A DNA stretch of 64,000 bases from positions 1 through 64,000 of the IMG/VR virus record IMGVR_UViG_3300009128_001768; one strand, given 5' to 3'. Position 1 is the stretch's first letter; the number at the start of each line of letters is the position of its first letter. The translations under genes were made by a program, and so were the position numbers. This DNA comes from an uncultured virus (IMG/VR IMGVR_UViG_3300009128_001768). Taxonomy: Duplodnaviria; Heunggongvirae; Uroviricota; Caudoviricetes. Shown piece by piece: positions 18,896 to 28,753 of this stretch. The notes under the pieces are model-generated. The model was not told the origin of the DNA, did not search any database, and saw nothing but the letters and a program-made list of their open reading frames with translations.

Positions 18896-19724
18896 ACGCG
18901 GCCCCGAGGGGCAGCCGTACCTCCGAATGTTCCAAACAAGATGTACAATCCATCCAACTTCTCATTTGAATTCCGGGCTCATTTTTATCAAGATGAGTTC
19001 TGAACGCTAAAGAATCTCTGGCAGGCATGCTACGAATAAAGAGGTCAAGCTTTGACTTATCGGTGACACCGTTGACCGACACGATGGAGTAGCGCAGACG
19101 AGAAGTAATTAAATTCTCAGACTGTTGACCCTGTTTCTTTCGACGCTCCTGTTCGACCATGATATCTTGCTCATCGGCACCGGTCAAGAACTTAAAGCGT
19201 ACCTTCGCCTTAGTTACAGGAAGCTGCAATTCGAAAAGATTTACCCCGACCGACACAGGATCGATACCAAGGCGATTGATCTCTAAGCCGCCAAGATCAA
19301 AAGCTTGCTTCGATCGTTGCTGGCATGCTGGACAATCAACTTCTACTTTGTACTCCGCACCGTAGCCTGTCACTCGTAATGCAATCATTACTGCGTTTCT
19401 ATCACCGGCCAACATTTGATCTGGTTCAATAGCCTTATTGAGCATACAAGACTTCAGCAGATGAGATATAACGGTTCCCTTCTTGATAAGGGCTTTAGAA
19501 GTAAGAATGTCTTCTTCTCTGGCCGTCATGGCACGAATCTGTATTGTTTCTTGATTCGCTAGAGGGGAATCCTCAGCATAACATCGCCCCATTGATGGGA
19601 GCGGAACATTTTCAACTGGTATTTCGAAGCCGAAATCATCTTTCATAACATTCGATGATGGCATATGCTCTTTCATATCACCAAAAATTTCGCTTCGACC
19701 GGTACCCTCTTTCTTAGTGGACAT
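18876..19724 (-). CDS. Tail/baseplate-hub assembly chaperone (T4 gp26-like)
   Basis: VPLPSMG, IRAMTAREEDIL, GDRNAVMIALR..GYG, two CxxC motifs (CPAC, CTSC) and C-terminal FFWP. Lies between tube and tape measure. Start moved to ATG 19724. Confidence 0.78.
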   Translation of the reverse strand: MSTKKEGTGRSEIFGDMKEHMPSSNVMKDDFGFEIPVENVPLPSMGRCYAEDSPLANQETIQIRAMTAREEDILTSKALIKKGTVISHLLKSCMLNKAIEPDQMLAGDRNAVMIALRVTGYGAEYKVEVDCPACQQRSKQAFDLGGLEINRLGIDPVSVGVNLFELQLPVTKAKVRFKFLTGADEQDIMVEQERRKKQGQQSENLITSRLRYSIVSVNGVTDKSKLDLFIRSMPARDSLAFRTHLDKNEPGIQMRSWMDCTSCLEHSEVRLPLGAAFFWPDE

Positions 19725-19782
19725 AGACAAACCTCACAATTAGCACTCCATAAATCTTATAGTTGCAGAAATCAGTGTAAAT

Positions 19783-19814
19783 AAAAAACGTCCCAAGTAA
19801 AATTGGGACGTTTT
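19783..19814 (-). terminator. Rho-independent terminator after the tail tube gene
   Basis: Inverted repeat AAAACGTCCCAA-N6-TTGGGACGTTTT with a T-run on the minus strand. Confidence 0.8.
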
Positions 19815-19845
19815 CTTGATACGTTATTGACGTGCGTCAAATAAT

Positions 19846-20334
19846 CTAATACTGTAATACGCAGTTGTCAAACCTGATCGTGAGAGATAGCTCCATCGGA
19901 TCTTCAGCGCCATAATCCAGATCGCCAAACCCAGCCGAGGTCAGGAAGCATCCCTTGAAATCCCATAATTCAACAACTGTTCCAACAGGATCGAGCATCT
20001 TAACTTGACAGTCGCGCTTATAGAAATCGGCATACCCACCACGACCAGAAACTGATTCGAAGTGTGTACGAACCCATTCCATCACCTGCTGTGCACCGGA
20101 AGGCGCGATCGGATCGTGTAAGGTTACCGATAAGGCGTCGAACTTCGTTTTGCCAGCAACCCAGCGAGTTGAGTTCATGTAGGAAATTTCCATTTCACCT
20201 GTGTTAATTGTGGGTCGAGCGGCGGTCTTAATCAAAAACGCATCAATACCCTCACAAGCAAATACCCATCTAAATTTCCTTTTCGGCTCAAATTTATTGG
20301 GCAGCATGTCGGTAACTGAAAGAGTTTCTGCCAT
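19846..20334 (-). CDS. Tail tube protein (gp19-like)
   Basis: 162 aa. FEPKRKFRW, SVTLHDPI..SGAQQVMEW, YKRD, DPVGTVVELW. Directly follows the sheath genes. Confidence 0.9.
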   Translation of the reverse strand: MAETLSVTDMLPNKFEPKRKFRWVFACEGIDAFLIKTAARPTINTGEMEISYMNSTRWVAGKTKFDALSVTLHDPIAPSGAQQVMEWVRTHFESVSGRGGYADFYKRDCQVKMLDPVGTVVELWDFKGCFLTSAGFGDLDYGAEDPMELSLTIRFDNCVLQY

Positions 20335-20356
20335 TTTGTTTTCTCCTATACGTGCT

Positions 20357-20363
20357 TAAATAT
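20357..20363 (-). promoter_or_regulatory. ATANTTA motif (candidate late promoter) before tail tube
   Basis: ATATTTA on the minus strand; one of 12 copies upstream of gene starts. Confidence 0.6.
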
Positions 20364-20375
20364 ACATCAGCAAGA

Positions 20376-23300
20376 TTAAATTTCTGTTCCAGCGTTAGTA
20401 ACAACGAAATCAAGCGAAATGAATTCCACGGATCGCGTCGGTTGAAGGAAGATTTTCCCTCGAACCGTATTGTTTTCCACGTCTGCTTGAGTAGTCGTGG
20501 TAGTATCAATTTGTACCTTGAACCGATCCAGGCCTTGCTGCGCCTGAATTCTTGCCAATACAGGATTCACTGCCGCTGAAAAGCGAGCAAGAGTAGATTC
20601 TCTATTCGGTTCGAAGAGGAATGTATCACCGATTGCGCGAACTTGACGTCTAATCTCAATCAAAAGACGACGTACGTTCACTCTATCCAACGCTGACTGC
20701 GCTGCAAGGAGCGTTTTCTGACCGAAAACAACAACCTCTCCCTTGGTTTGGGGGAATGCGGTGATTGGGTTAATATCAACGTCGTATAGCGCATCAAGAT
20801 TTGCTCTACTCAGCTTCACTTGAGACTCTAAAACGTTCTTCAATGCGCCCCGCGTAAAACCGGCGGGGGCGAACCACGGATATGCGACAGAATCATTTAG
20901 CGCAAACGCACCAAGAACAGCCACACTCGGTGGTACCTGCACGTTTGTGGATGTGCCTACGTCAGTCATAATAACATCGGGGAAATATGCAGCTGCAAAC
21001 GAGCTGTCGAGGTTTCGACCAGAAAATGTATTGACCGTGTTCGTAACGCTTGTTAGCTGCGCAGATCCGGTGACTACCTCGTTATACGTGTCCTTATTCT
21101 CAATGTCCATAATGTACATTGCGTCGAATCTTTCCTCAACAGACTGTATTACGTAGTCAGACACCGACTTGTGACGGATACCTGGAACTGCCAAAAGCTG
21201 AATATCAACATCGGATCTTTCAGCAAGAACGTCCATTGCCTTACGATACGCGGCGACTGTTGGCCCCGTTACCCCGCCCTGTAACGTTACATCTGCCATC
21301 TCCTTTGTCACAGCAATATTGGAGAACTTAGCTTTCTCATTATTGAATATATTGACTCCATCAAAGCCCCCCTGAACTATGAAAGAGAACTTAAGAAAAC
21401 GGCGAGCAGAGGAAAGACCGAAATCATTCGCTACAGATAACAAGCGCGAGCCTCCGGAGGCATTTAGGGTTCTTGCGGTACCATCGATATCCGGTATACT
21501 CGATGCGGCGACACCAGATCTGCGGTACACTGCAGCGGCCCATTGCTTCGAATCAGCAACCGGAGTGGAATCGGTGGTTGTACAAACCTGGATGTTTTCC
21601 AGACTGAACAAATTGTTGTTAAATTTATCGGCGTCTAAAACAGTGCCACTGCTATCAGCTGTACCCTCATTATTACCCACCATCGCTTTACGACCAGATT
21701 GCGAATAATTTGCGAAATATGTCGAGTAGTGCTTGATTGATGGGTCGAGCTTTACGTTCTTGTTAGGCTCAGCTACGAGATCCTTCACCTCAAATTGGAC
21801 GCCCCAGTAAAGCTCAGCGGCGAGTGCCTTTTTCGGAGTAACATTCTTAGAGACTGTCGCTCGATATGGCACCGGATATTGAACAAGACGAGAAGCGACA
21901 GACGAATTGAGAAGTGGTGTAGCAGAATCGCCTGGCTGACCAAATATCGAAGATCCAGAGGTAACTAGATGCTGCGGACCGCGGAATCCGACTGGCAGGC
22001 AATCCGCGGGAAGCTTCCCCTTATCAAGTTGAGTGTTTGTCTCAACGCGAATATAATTCGACTTGTTGGGATAAGCACCTTCCAAAATCAATTTCTGAGA
22101 TCCAACGCGCTTATCGAAGTCATAATACAAATGATAATCTCCAATTTGCCTAGCAACATATCGATCAGAACCTGGATCCAAAGAAAGCTTAGAAAATTTC
22201 TCTATGACGACCGGCTCGGTGTCACTATCGTTGTAATCTCTCACTAATAAATCGAACGCTCCAAATGGTTGATTTACGTTTGTGGACTTAACAATATTCT
22301 CAATAGAAATCTTTACCCTAGTATTTCCTATCGCACCATCATCTAAAGCATGGATTCGGAAAAGATTGTTGTTTTTTCCACCATACTTCTGAGATATAAC
22401 ATAGGGAGAAACAGCGGTACGGAACCTGTCTTTATAGCTGTCAAAATCTGGTACGTTTGCGTCAGTTGAATTCGCCCGAGATATCGAAGATGTCATAAGG
22501 AATGCAATGTCCTCATTACTAACTGTGCCGCCGGCAGTCGCTGCGGCGTACGTCGATGACACCAGACTTGACCCAGTCGGATATGCGATTGCCGGGTAAA
22601 CATCCCAGTGGGCGTATAGGTAATGTCCTGCATTCTGGAGCTTTGTTGGGTCTGTATTCAAAACATTTGCGAAATAATTCGGTACATTCGGATCAAAAGA
22701 AGCTGTGATAATCGTGGGGTAAGCGTCTGTATGGGTATGACCATTCAGCAGCATCACGAATTCTTGACGGCCGCCAGCAAGGTTCACAGCCCCGTTTGAT
22801 GATCCTGCATTATCCGCACCGCCCGTCCCAAAAGAGCTACCCGCGGCGTAATTGTTGGCTGAGGGGGAGCCCAATGGCGTATTGTTTGTAACAGTCGATC
22901 TAGACGCACTGAGGGCGCATACAACTCCCGAGGGAACCATAACAACACCGCGTAAAATCGGTTGGACAGTTCCCAAGCCAGCATCAGTGAATGCCGCGGA
23001 ACTTCCAGACTCTTCCATGATAACACCAAGAAGGTGAGTACGTCCAAGAACCCCGGCGTTCCCAGCACCCGCGACTGTTGAGCCCGCATATGCGTTCGGT
23101 CCGATTAGTCCATTTGCTTTGGCTTCTTGCGCTCCGACCGTGAAGCCGGCGTTTGTCACATCACCGCCGCTATTTCTTTTCTTTCCGTCGCCGGCGCCAA
23201 GAAGCCTTAAATAGGTTCCAGCCTTCGCGTAGTTTAGCCACTGACGCATCGCCATCGGTCCAAACTTTACACCGTCCGTATTTCCAAATTCAGCGACGAA

Positions 23301-23459
23301 ATCAGCAAAAGTTGCTACCGTAATAGGAACAAATGCTCGACCCTGATCAGCCGTACCTATAACACCAGCAGGTGTACCTGTAGGCGCAGCCTTTGTTGGG
23401 CCTGATAGGTCGATTTCCCTTGTGGAAACCCCAGGACTCTTAAATGTCAGTTCAGCCAT
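20376..23459 (-). CDS. Tail sheath protein, copy B
   Basis: N-terminal FKSPGVSTREIDLS. C-terminal PWFAPAGFTRG, INPI, FGQKTL, LDRVNVRRLL, FEPN. Start moved to ATG 23459. Confidence 0.95.
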   Translation of the reverse strand: MAELTFKSPGVSTREIDLSGPTKAAPTGTPAGVIGTADQGRAFVPITVATFADFVAEFGNTDGVKFGPMAMRQWLNYAKAGTYLRLLGAGDGKKRNSGGDVTNAGFTVGAQEAKANGLIGPNAYAGSTVAGAGNAGVLGRTHLLGVIMEESGSSAAFTDAGLGTVQPILRGVVMVPSGVVCALSASRSTVTNNTPLGSPSANNYAAGSSFGTGGADNAGSSNGAVNLAGGRQEFVMLLNGHTHTDAYPTIITASFDPNVPNYFANVLNTDPTKLQNAGHYLYAHWDVYPAIAYPTGSSLVSSTYAAATAGGTVSNEDIAFLMTSSISRANSTDANVPDFDSYKDRFRTAVSPYVISQKYGGKNNNLFRIHALDDGAIGNTRVKISIENIVKSTNVNQPFGAFDLLVRDYNDSDTEPVVIEKFSKLSLDPGSDRYVARQIGDYHLYYDFDKRVGSQKLILEGAYPNKSNYIRVETNTQLDKGKLPADCLPVGFRGPQHLVTSGSSIFGQPGDSATPLLNSSVASRLVQYPVPYRATVSKNVTPKKALAAELYWGVQFEVKDLVAEPNKNVKLDPSIKHYSTYFANYSQSGRKAMVGNNEGTADSSGTVLDADKFNNNLFSLENIQVCTTTDSTPVADSKQWAAAVYRRSGVAASSIPDIDGTARTLNASGGSRLLSVANDFGLSSARRFLKFSFIVQGGFDGVNIFNNEKAKFSNIAVTKEMADVTLQGGVTGPTVAAYRKAMDVLAERSDVDIQLLAVPGIRHKSVSDYVIQSVEERFDAMYIMDIENKDTYNEVVTGSAQLTSVTNTVNTFSGRNLDSSFAAAYFPDVIMTDVGTSTNVQVPPSVAVLGAFALNDSVAYPWFAPAGFTRGALKNVLESQVKLSRANLDALYDVDINPITAFPQTKGEVVVFGQKTLLAAQSALDRVNVRRLLIEIRRQVRAIGDTFLFEPNRESTLARFSAAVNPVLARIQAQQGLDRFKVQIDTTTTTQADVENNTVRGKIFLQPTRSVEFISLDFVVTNAGTEI

Positions 23460-23484
23460 TTCCAAAAATCTCCTGTTTCTCTCT

Positions 23485-23491
23485 TAACTAT
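23485..23491 (-). promoter_or_regulatory. ATANTTA motif (candidate late promoter) before sheath B
   Basis: ATAGTTA in a 33-nt intergenic gap. Confidence 0.6.
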
Positions 23492-23492
23492 A

Positions 23493-26400
23493 TCACGCAA
23501 AATCTACACCGCTGTTTGTGATGATAAAATCTATCGCAATAAATTCGATTGCCCTTGTCGGCACAATAACGATTCGACCATTCAGCTTGTTGCTTTCAAC
23601 ATCTTCGGAAGTATTGTTGGTGTCATCCATAACAACCTTGAAAGACTCTATACCCTGCTGCGCCTGAATCGCAGCTAGCATCGGTGTAACTAGATTTATG
23701 AATCGTGCTCTTGTAGCAGCGTTATTCGGCTCAAAAAGAATCTTATTAGCAACGCCAACAACCTGACGCTTGAGTTCAAGCAACATCCTACGGACATTCA
23801 CTCGATCCAACGCAGATTGAGTAAGCTGCATCGTCTTTTGGCCAAATATTACAAATCCACCATTCGGAAAGTTCGCAATCGGGTTAATTCGATTATCGTA
23901 TAAATCATCTCTATCGCTTGCGGTCAACCTAACATCGGTGTTCGTAACAATTCCTAACCCACCTCTATTAAATCCAGCAGGAGCAAACCAAGGATATGCA
24001 ACAGCATCGTTGTACGCTAACGCTGCAAGAGCAGCAATAGACGATGGAACGCGGACTGCCTCGCCGGTGTTTGAGTCGTTGATATAAACATCAGGGAAGT
24101 ACGCGGCGCAATAATTGTTGTCAACCGCCCTTGACTCGAATTGCTCTGCTGTTTCCCTCACGTCGGGGGTGGAGTTGGAGGCGCTCTGAATCAACGTCCT
24201 ATCTTCATCTCCAAATAGGCGTGTGGAGCTCTCTGACCATGACGGAATGTCCATTAAGTAAATGGCCATTGAATAATCACGGACTCTATTGGCAGCCCAA
24301 TCAGTGACAAATGTGTCTCTTATACCGGGTATTGTTAGGATGTTGCTACGTACCGTCATGGGATCTGTCATGATACGAGCAGCTTCTTTATACGCAAATA
24401 TATTATTGTTGAGACGACCGGATCCAGCGGGATTAGTACTAAGACCAATTGTAGAAGCGCTAAATTCATCAGCAGCCTTCCCTGTTTCACCAGACGCGTC
24501 GGTCGACGTAGCTCGATCGTTCATTAATGACATGTCTTTATCAAGAATATTCAAGCCGTCGAATCCACCGTATAGCGGAGTCGTGAACTTAAGGTAACTC
24601 GTAAAACGATTAAAATGCACTGACGATGAATTAACAAGCGAAGCAAAAGTAACTCTATTTCCTGCACCGTCTGGATCATTTACCACATAGGTTTGCGAAT
24701 CAGGTACACCATTTCGAATATATGATGCCTCAAGCATGTGCTCCTTTGCAGAACCAGTTACATATTGTAGTAATGTTGCAGAATTTGAACCTGCTGTGGC
24801 GATCGTGACTTTGGCAAGTGAAAACTTGTTAGCGTTAAATGTAGCGACTGCAGAGCCAGAAACTAAAGTATCAAGCTTTTGAATTCCCTGGAACTTCGTA
24901 TATGCTGAAACTGTCGGGTTTGGCAGAGAAGACACATTCTGGTCCAAAACAGCACTGGAAAGGTCGTTCTCCTTCGGGCATCTTTCAAACTTTGTACCCC
25001 AGTAGAGCCTCCCATCAACACGCTCGTCGTCACCAGGCAGCCCAGAGAACCACGGTGATGCGTTGACCGCACCACGGGTAATCTTAAAGCGCATCGGAAG
25101 AGGAGGAACAATTGAGCCTGTCAGCGCCGATGTGACGCGACCCGCGAGACGCGGGTTGTCGAGTTGTCCGTACGTCACTCCATCAAACTCAAGAGCACCC
25201 TTGAGCGAGTCTGTCAGAGCGTCTGACGTCTTTATAGCAGGGATCCCAGCGAAACCGAACGGTAAAGCATCTGACGGTACTTGCTCCCTATAAACAGCTT
25301 CTTCTATAACAACTCTAATATGTACAGATTGATTAGGATATTTTCCACTAACGACAATTCTTCTTTCATCGTCGTTTTCTGCATCGAAATTGTACCGTGC
25401 CTTATAGTCACCAATTTTTCTACCGACAAAGCTTTCTGAGTTGGGATCTAAAGTGCATGCAGGATAGCTTTCCAGTACCTCGGGATCTAAATCGGTGTCG
25501 CCAAACCGACGGACCTGAACCTCAAACGTACCAAATGGGTAATTCTTATTTGAGCTAGCCCGCAAATTCGCAATAGAAACCTTGACTTTATTATTCCCGT
25601 ATGCTCCGTCCGACAGGGCTTCAAAATTGAATAATTTATATTCTGTGCTTCCGTATGGTTGTGATAGTATAGCGGGAGACGTAGGAGTTGTATATCGTGT
25701 GTCGTAACGACCGAACAACATTGTAAACTCGTTGCCCGCGCCCGAGCTTAATGTTCGGCCATAATTTCCAGAACCTGAAAGAATGGCAATAGACCCCGCG
25801 GTTTCAAGAACAGGAGCGATCTCATTTTCTACAGCAAAATCCATGTAAAGAAGGTGCTGGTTCGTGTAAAACTTCGTAGGATCAGTGTTCAAAACGTTCG
25901 CAATATACGCGTCACTTGCAGGATCAAGTGACGCAGTTACAACTTTAACACCGGGATAGCTTGGAAGCTGATTACAGAAAGCTGACCCAAGCGAAGAAGA
26001 AATCGCAAGCAAGAAATTACCACCAATATTGTTGGCTGCAGCGGTGGGAGCGCATCCATCGGTCATGTGGTTAGCCCAAGAGTCACCGACATCCATCACT
26101 TGTATTCTTGCGTTGACCGAACTAAAAATAACACCTCTCACTATATGAAGAGCGCTTGAATTACTGAAACTTGGGTTATCAGTAAATTCCGGCATCGCTG
26201 CAGCTTCATTCGCGACTGCATCGTGCTTTGCAACTAAAAATTGCACCACGCCATTCTGAGCCTTATTCGTGGGCGGGGAAGCAGATATATTCCCCGACAA
26301 GACAAATCCTGCGTTTACCACTGTGCCGTAGGTTTGAGTGTTTGTTATGTTAGTTGTGGATTCATTCGCACCGGCACCTAAAACGCGCATGTACGTTACT

Positions 26401-26636
26401 GCTGTTCTATTTTGTAGGAATGCTTGGACTGCATACGGTCCAAAGCGGTCGGGGTCAATGTCTCCAAAGCGATTCAAAAAATCTTGAAAACTGCCGACTG
26501 TTACGGGCACAAATGCCGGTCCCTTCTCAGCAGTACCTACGATTCCTGCTGGAACACCCGTTATTTCGGTCTTTCTCGTCGACGCGTCTATTTCGCGTTC
26601 AAAAAAGCCCGGGGATCTAAATGTCTGTTCTGCCAT
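23493..26636 (-). CDS. Tail sheath protein, copy A
   Basis: N-terminal FRSPGFFEREID. C-terminal PWFAPAGFNRG, INPI, FGQKTM, LDRVNVRRML, FEPN. Confidence 0.95.
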   Translation of the reverse strand: MAEQTFRSPGFFEREIDASTRKTEITGVPAGIVGTAEKGPAFVPVTVGSFQDFLNRFGDIDPDRFGPYAVQAFLQNRTAVTYMRVLGAGANESTTNITNTQTYGTVVNAGFVLSGNISASPPTNKAQNGVVQFLVAKHDAVANEAAAMPEFTDNPSFSNSSALHIVRGVIFSSVNARIQVMDVGDSWANHMTDGCAPTAAANNIGGNFLLAISSSLGSAFCNQLPSYPGVKVVTASLDPASDAYIANVLNTDPTKFYTNQHLLYMDFAVENEIAPVLETAGSIAILSGSGNYGRTLSSGAGNEFTMLFGRYDTRYTTPTSPAILSQPYGSTEYKLFNFEALSDGAYGNNKVKVSIANLRASSNKNYPFGTFEVQVRRFGDTDLDPEVLESYPACTLDPNSESFVGRKIGDYKARYNFDAENDDERRIVVSGKYPNQSVHIRVVIEEAVYREQVPSDALPFGFAGIPAIKTSDALTDSLKGALEFDGVTYGQLDNPRLAGRVTSALTGSIVPPLPMRFKITRGAVNASPWFSGLPGDDERVDGRLYWGTKFERCPKENDLSSAVLDQNVSSLPNPTVSAYTKFQGIQKLDTLVSGSAVATFNANKFSLAKVTIATAGSNSATLLQYVTGSAKEHMLEASYIRNGVPDSQTYVVNDPDGAGNRVTFASLVNSSSVHFNRFTSYLKFTTPLYGGFDGLNILDKDMSLMNDRATSTDASGETGKAADEFSASTIGLSTNPAGSGRLNNNIFAYKEAARIMTDPMTVRSNILTIPGIRDTFVTDWAANRVRDYSMAIYLMDIPSWSESSTRLFGDEDRTLIQSASNSTPDVRETAEQFESRAVDNNYCAAYFPDVYINDSNTGEAVRVPSSIAALAALAYNDAVAYPWFAPAGFNRGGLGIVTNTDVRLTASDRDDLYDNRINPIANFPNGGFVIFGQKTMQLTQSALDRVNVRRMLLELKRQVVGVANKILFEPNNAATRARFINLVTPMLAAIQAQQGIESFKVVMDDTNNTSEDVESNKLNGRIVIVPTRAIEFIAIDFIITNSGVDFA

Positions 26637-26670
26637 GAGTCAGGTCTCCTGGATCTACTTTCATCACAAA

Positions 26671-26677
26671 TAACTAT
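26671..26677 (-). promoter_or_regulatory. ATANTTA motif (candidate late promoter) before sheath A
   Basis: ATAGTTA upstream of the AGGAG SD. Confidence 0.6.
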
Positions 26678-26701
26678 TTCGTGCAAAGGGTAAATGTCAC
26701 A

Positions 26702-28045
26702 TCAATCCTTGAAGAGATCGCCTAAATCGATAGATAATCCATACGATGGGTATTTTGACTGTCGAAAAACCGTCTCTCCCTTCTTGTTGTTCGCATATAA
26801 CACGTTGTATTGTGATGTTTCATCCTTCCCAGTAAAGGGGTTTCTTTTAGTAATTATTACTTTCGGTCTGTTCGGATACGTAGCACCCGTACTTGTTGAA
26901 TCCGAATTTGTCGAGCCGATGTTAACGTTGTTTGAGACAACAGTTACGGCACCCGGAAATCCGGTAGTTAATACGCTATTTGACCCTACAGGCATCGCTT
27001 GCCCCGGAATTCCCATATCATCAGTATCAATATCTTCCAATATGAAATGGCCCGGCTCACCTGCGGCGACAGAAGACGGAGCACCAGTATTCATATGGGA
27101 ACTTAATTCTGAGACTCCAAAATTAATATCTGGAGCAGAAATTGATCTTCTAAATGGCACAGGCAGTCCGGGCTCTTGCGGTGCAACAACATAAGCCGGC
27201 ACACTCACACTAAAACTATACTTAACTAGTCTTTCATCATCAGAAAAATCATCAAAATTATTGCTTGGGTTTAACGCGGCGTCAATATAAGCGGAAAATT
27301 TATACCCTGATTTTGTAGTTATTAAGAATGTTCGTTGATGATTTTGGGTATACCCGCCCATAACAGTTGTCAATAGCGAATTCATTTCTTGAGTGTACTG
27401 GGTCCAAAAAGTAATCTCATAATTCGCAGTGTATTGTTTGATTGGAGGAATTTCAATAAATTCAATTATGTTTTTGGCAGTGTGCGGCTCGAGTATTGTT
27501 CCGCCACTTACAGCTATTGGCGTAGGAAAGACTGTTCGTCGGGTTGCAATACGACCACCATCAGTTCCTCCCCCAAGCCCAGCATCAGTCTTATTTCCAG
27601 CGCTAACTGCTATATCATCAGCGTTTTCAAACCCGAATCTATTTTGAAGACGCTGGTATCGTGGATCTTCTTTGGAAATTCTAACTTTAATCAACATCGG
27701 GCTTCCTTGACCATGAGCAGCGCCCTTTGCGTTTGTTTGATCAATACCACTGCGGAGTATCGAAACAAGTGGTAATATAATCGCACCGGTTTTGTCTCGT
27801 AGCGGCTTTTTCCTTGCCAAAATTGCGAATCGCTCGCCAGTAGCGAAAATAATGGGAACCCGCTTTATTGCCTTTCTGCGCTTGTAAAAAAGCGGAATTT
27901 CTTCATTAAAAAAATTAAATAAAGCTCTGTCTACATCCTCAATGGTACAAGACGGGATAGAGAAATCCTCAGGGATATCTTCGCTTGAATAACCAAGGTC
28001 TAATGAACCGTTCTTGTAAGTAGTCGTATTATAGCGCGTTGGCAT
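26702..28045 (-). CDS. Tail terminator / sheath stabiliser (gp15-like)
   Basis: VPIIFATGERF, LPLVSILR and YEITFWTQYTQEMNSLL pattern. Position between neck and sheath genes. Confidence 0.65.
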   Translation of the reverse strand: MPTRYNTTTYKNGSLDLGYSSEDIPEDFSIPSCTIEDVDRALFNFFNEEIPLFYKRRKAIKRVPIIFATGERFAILARKKPLRDKTGAIILPLVSILRSGIDQTNAKGAAHGQGSPMLIKVRISKEDPRYQRLQNRFGFENADDIAVSAGNKTDAGLGGGTDGGRIATRRTVFPTPIAVSGGTILEPHTAKNIIEFIEIPPIKQYTANYEITFWTQYTQEMNSLLTTVMGGYTQNHQRTFLITTKSGYKFSAYIDAALNPSNNFDDFSDDERLVKYSFSVSVPAYVVAPQEPGLPVPFRRSISAPDINFGVSELSSHMNTGAPSSVAAGEPGHFILEDIDTDDMGIPGQAMPVGSNSVLTTGFPGAVTVVSNNVNIGSTNSDSTSTGATYPNRPKVIITKRNPFTGKDETSQYNVLYANNKKGETVFRQSKYPSYGLSIDLGDLFKD

Positions 28046-28059
28046 TTTTGCTCTCCACC

Positions 28060-28743
28060 TTAACCATTGTTGTAAGAAATCTCATCATAAAAAGAAGAAC
28101 TGATTGTTGCGGGATCTCCTTTAGGCGACACCTCCACAGGTGCGGGGCTAGCTGGTAATTCCATTTTCCCTTGCTCAATCAATGCCCTTTTATCTCCCGT
28201 TTCGCCAAGCCTATTTTCCGCAAACCCGCGTTGTTGTACAAACGTGTCTTGCACAGCATCAGAGTCTGAATAACCTTCGTCAGTCGGACCGTGCGGATCT
28301 TTATTAATTAGGCCTTGACGCGCTTGTTTTCCTTGTAATTTCACACCCGTCATGTGCTCAACTTCACCATAGATTGTTGACTGCCATTGAAGTTGTGTTA
28401 TCTCAAAAAATGTCTCGCCGTAGCTGAAATAATCACCCTCTCGGACCTCAATATCCTTGTCTATTAAGTCTCGATAATGGAGATATGCACCGACGATCTG
28501 GCCGGAATTTACACCAAATCTAGTCGTCGTAATTTCTGGAGCATTCCATTCCACCTGAGCACAAATCTCTATGGGCAGATCAAAAACCTTCTCCATCGCT
28601 TCTTCGTATACGTCATGAATTGTTGTTAAGTCTTCTCGTACACGGTAATAGTATATCTTCTGGCCAACGACGTCTTTTATGACCTCCTTGGTGATGTCAG
28701 CTATTAAATCGACTTCTCTTGGAGTTATGAAGAGACGAGCCAT
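28060..28743 (-). CDS. Neck / head-closure protein (gp14-like)
   Basis: VVGQKIYYY, DVYEEAMEKVF, VREGDYFSYG pattern. Located between the adaptor and terminator genes. Confidence 0.65.
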   Translation of the reverse strand: MARLFITPREVDLIADITKEVIKDVVGQKIYYYRVREDLTTIHDVYEEAMEKVFDLPIEICAQVEWNAPEITTTRFGVNSGQIVGAYLHYRDLIDKDIEVREGDYFSYGETFFEITQLQWQSTIYGEVEHMTGVKLQGKQARQGLINKDPHGPTDEGYSDSDAVQDTFVQQRGFAENRLGETGDKRALIEQGKMELPASPAPVEVSPKGDPATISSSFYDEISYNNG

Positions 28744-28753
28744 GCTACCCTCC

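Noticed and set aside
19827..19840. Palindrome TTGACG-TG-CGTCAA after the tail tube stop
   Set aside because: Single occurrence with 6-bp arms; I found no second copy to support an operator.
6732..26636. Bacterial extracellular contractile injection system or tailocin (suggested by two sheath genes)
   Set aside because: The region is contiguous with capsid, portal, protease, terminase and phage replication genes, and no host chromosomal genes are present.
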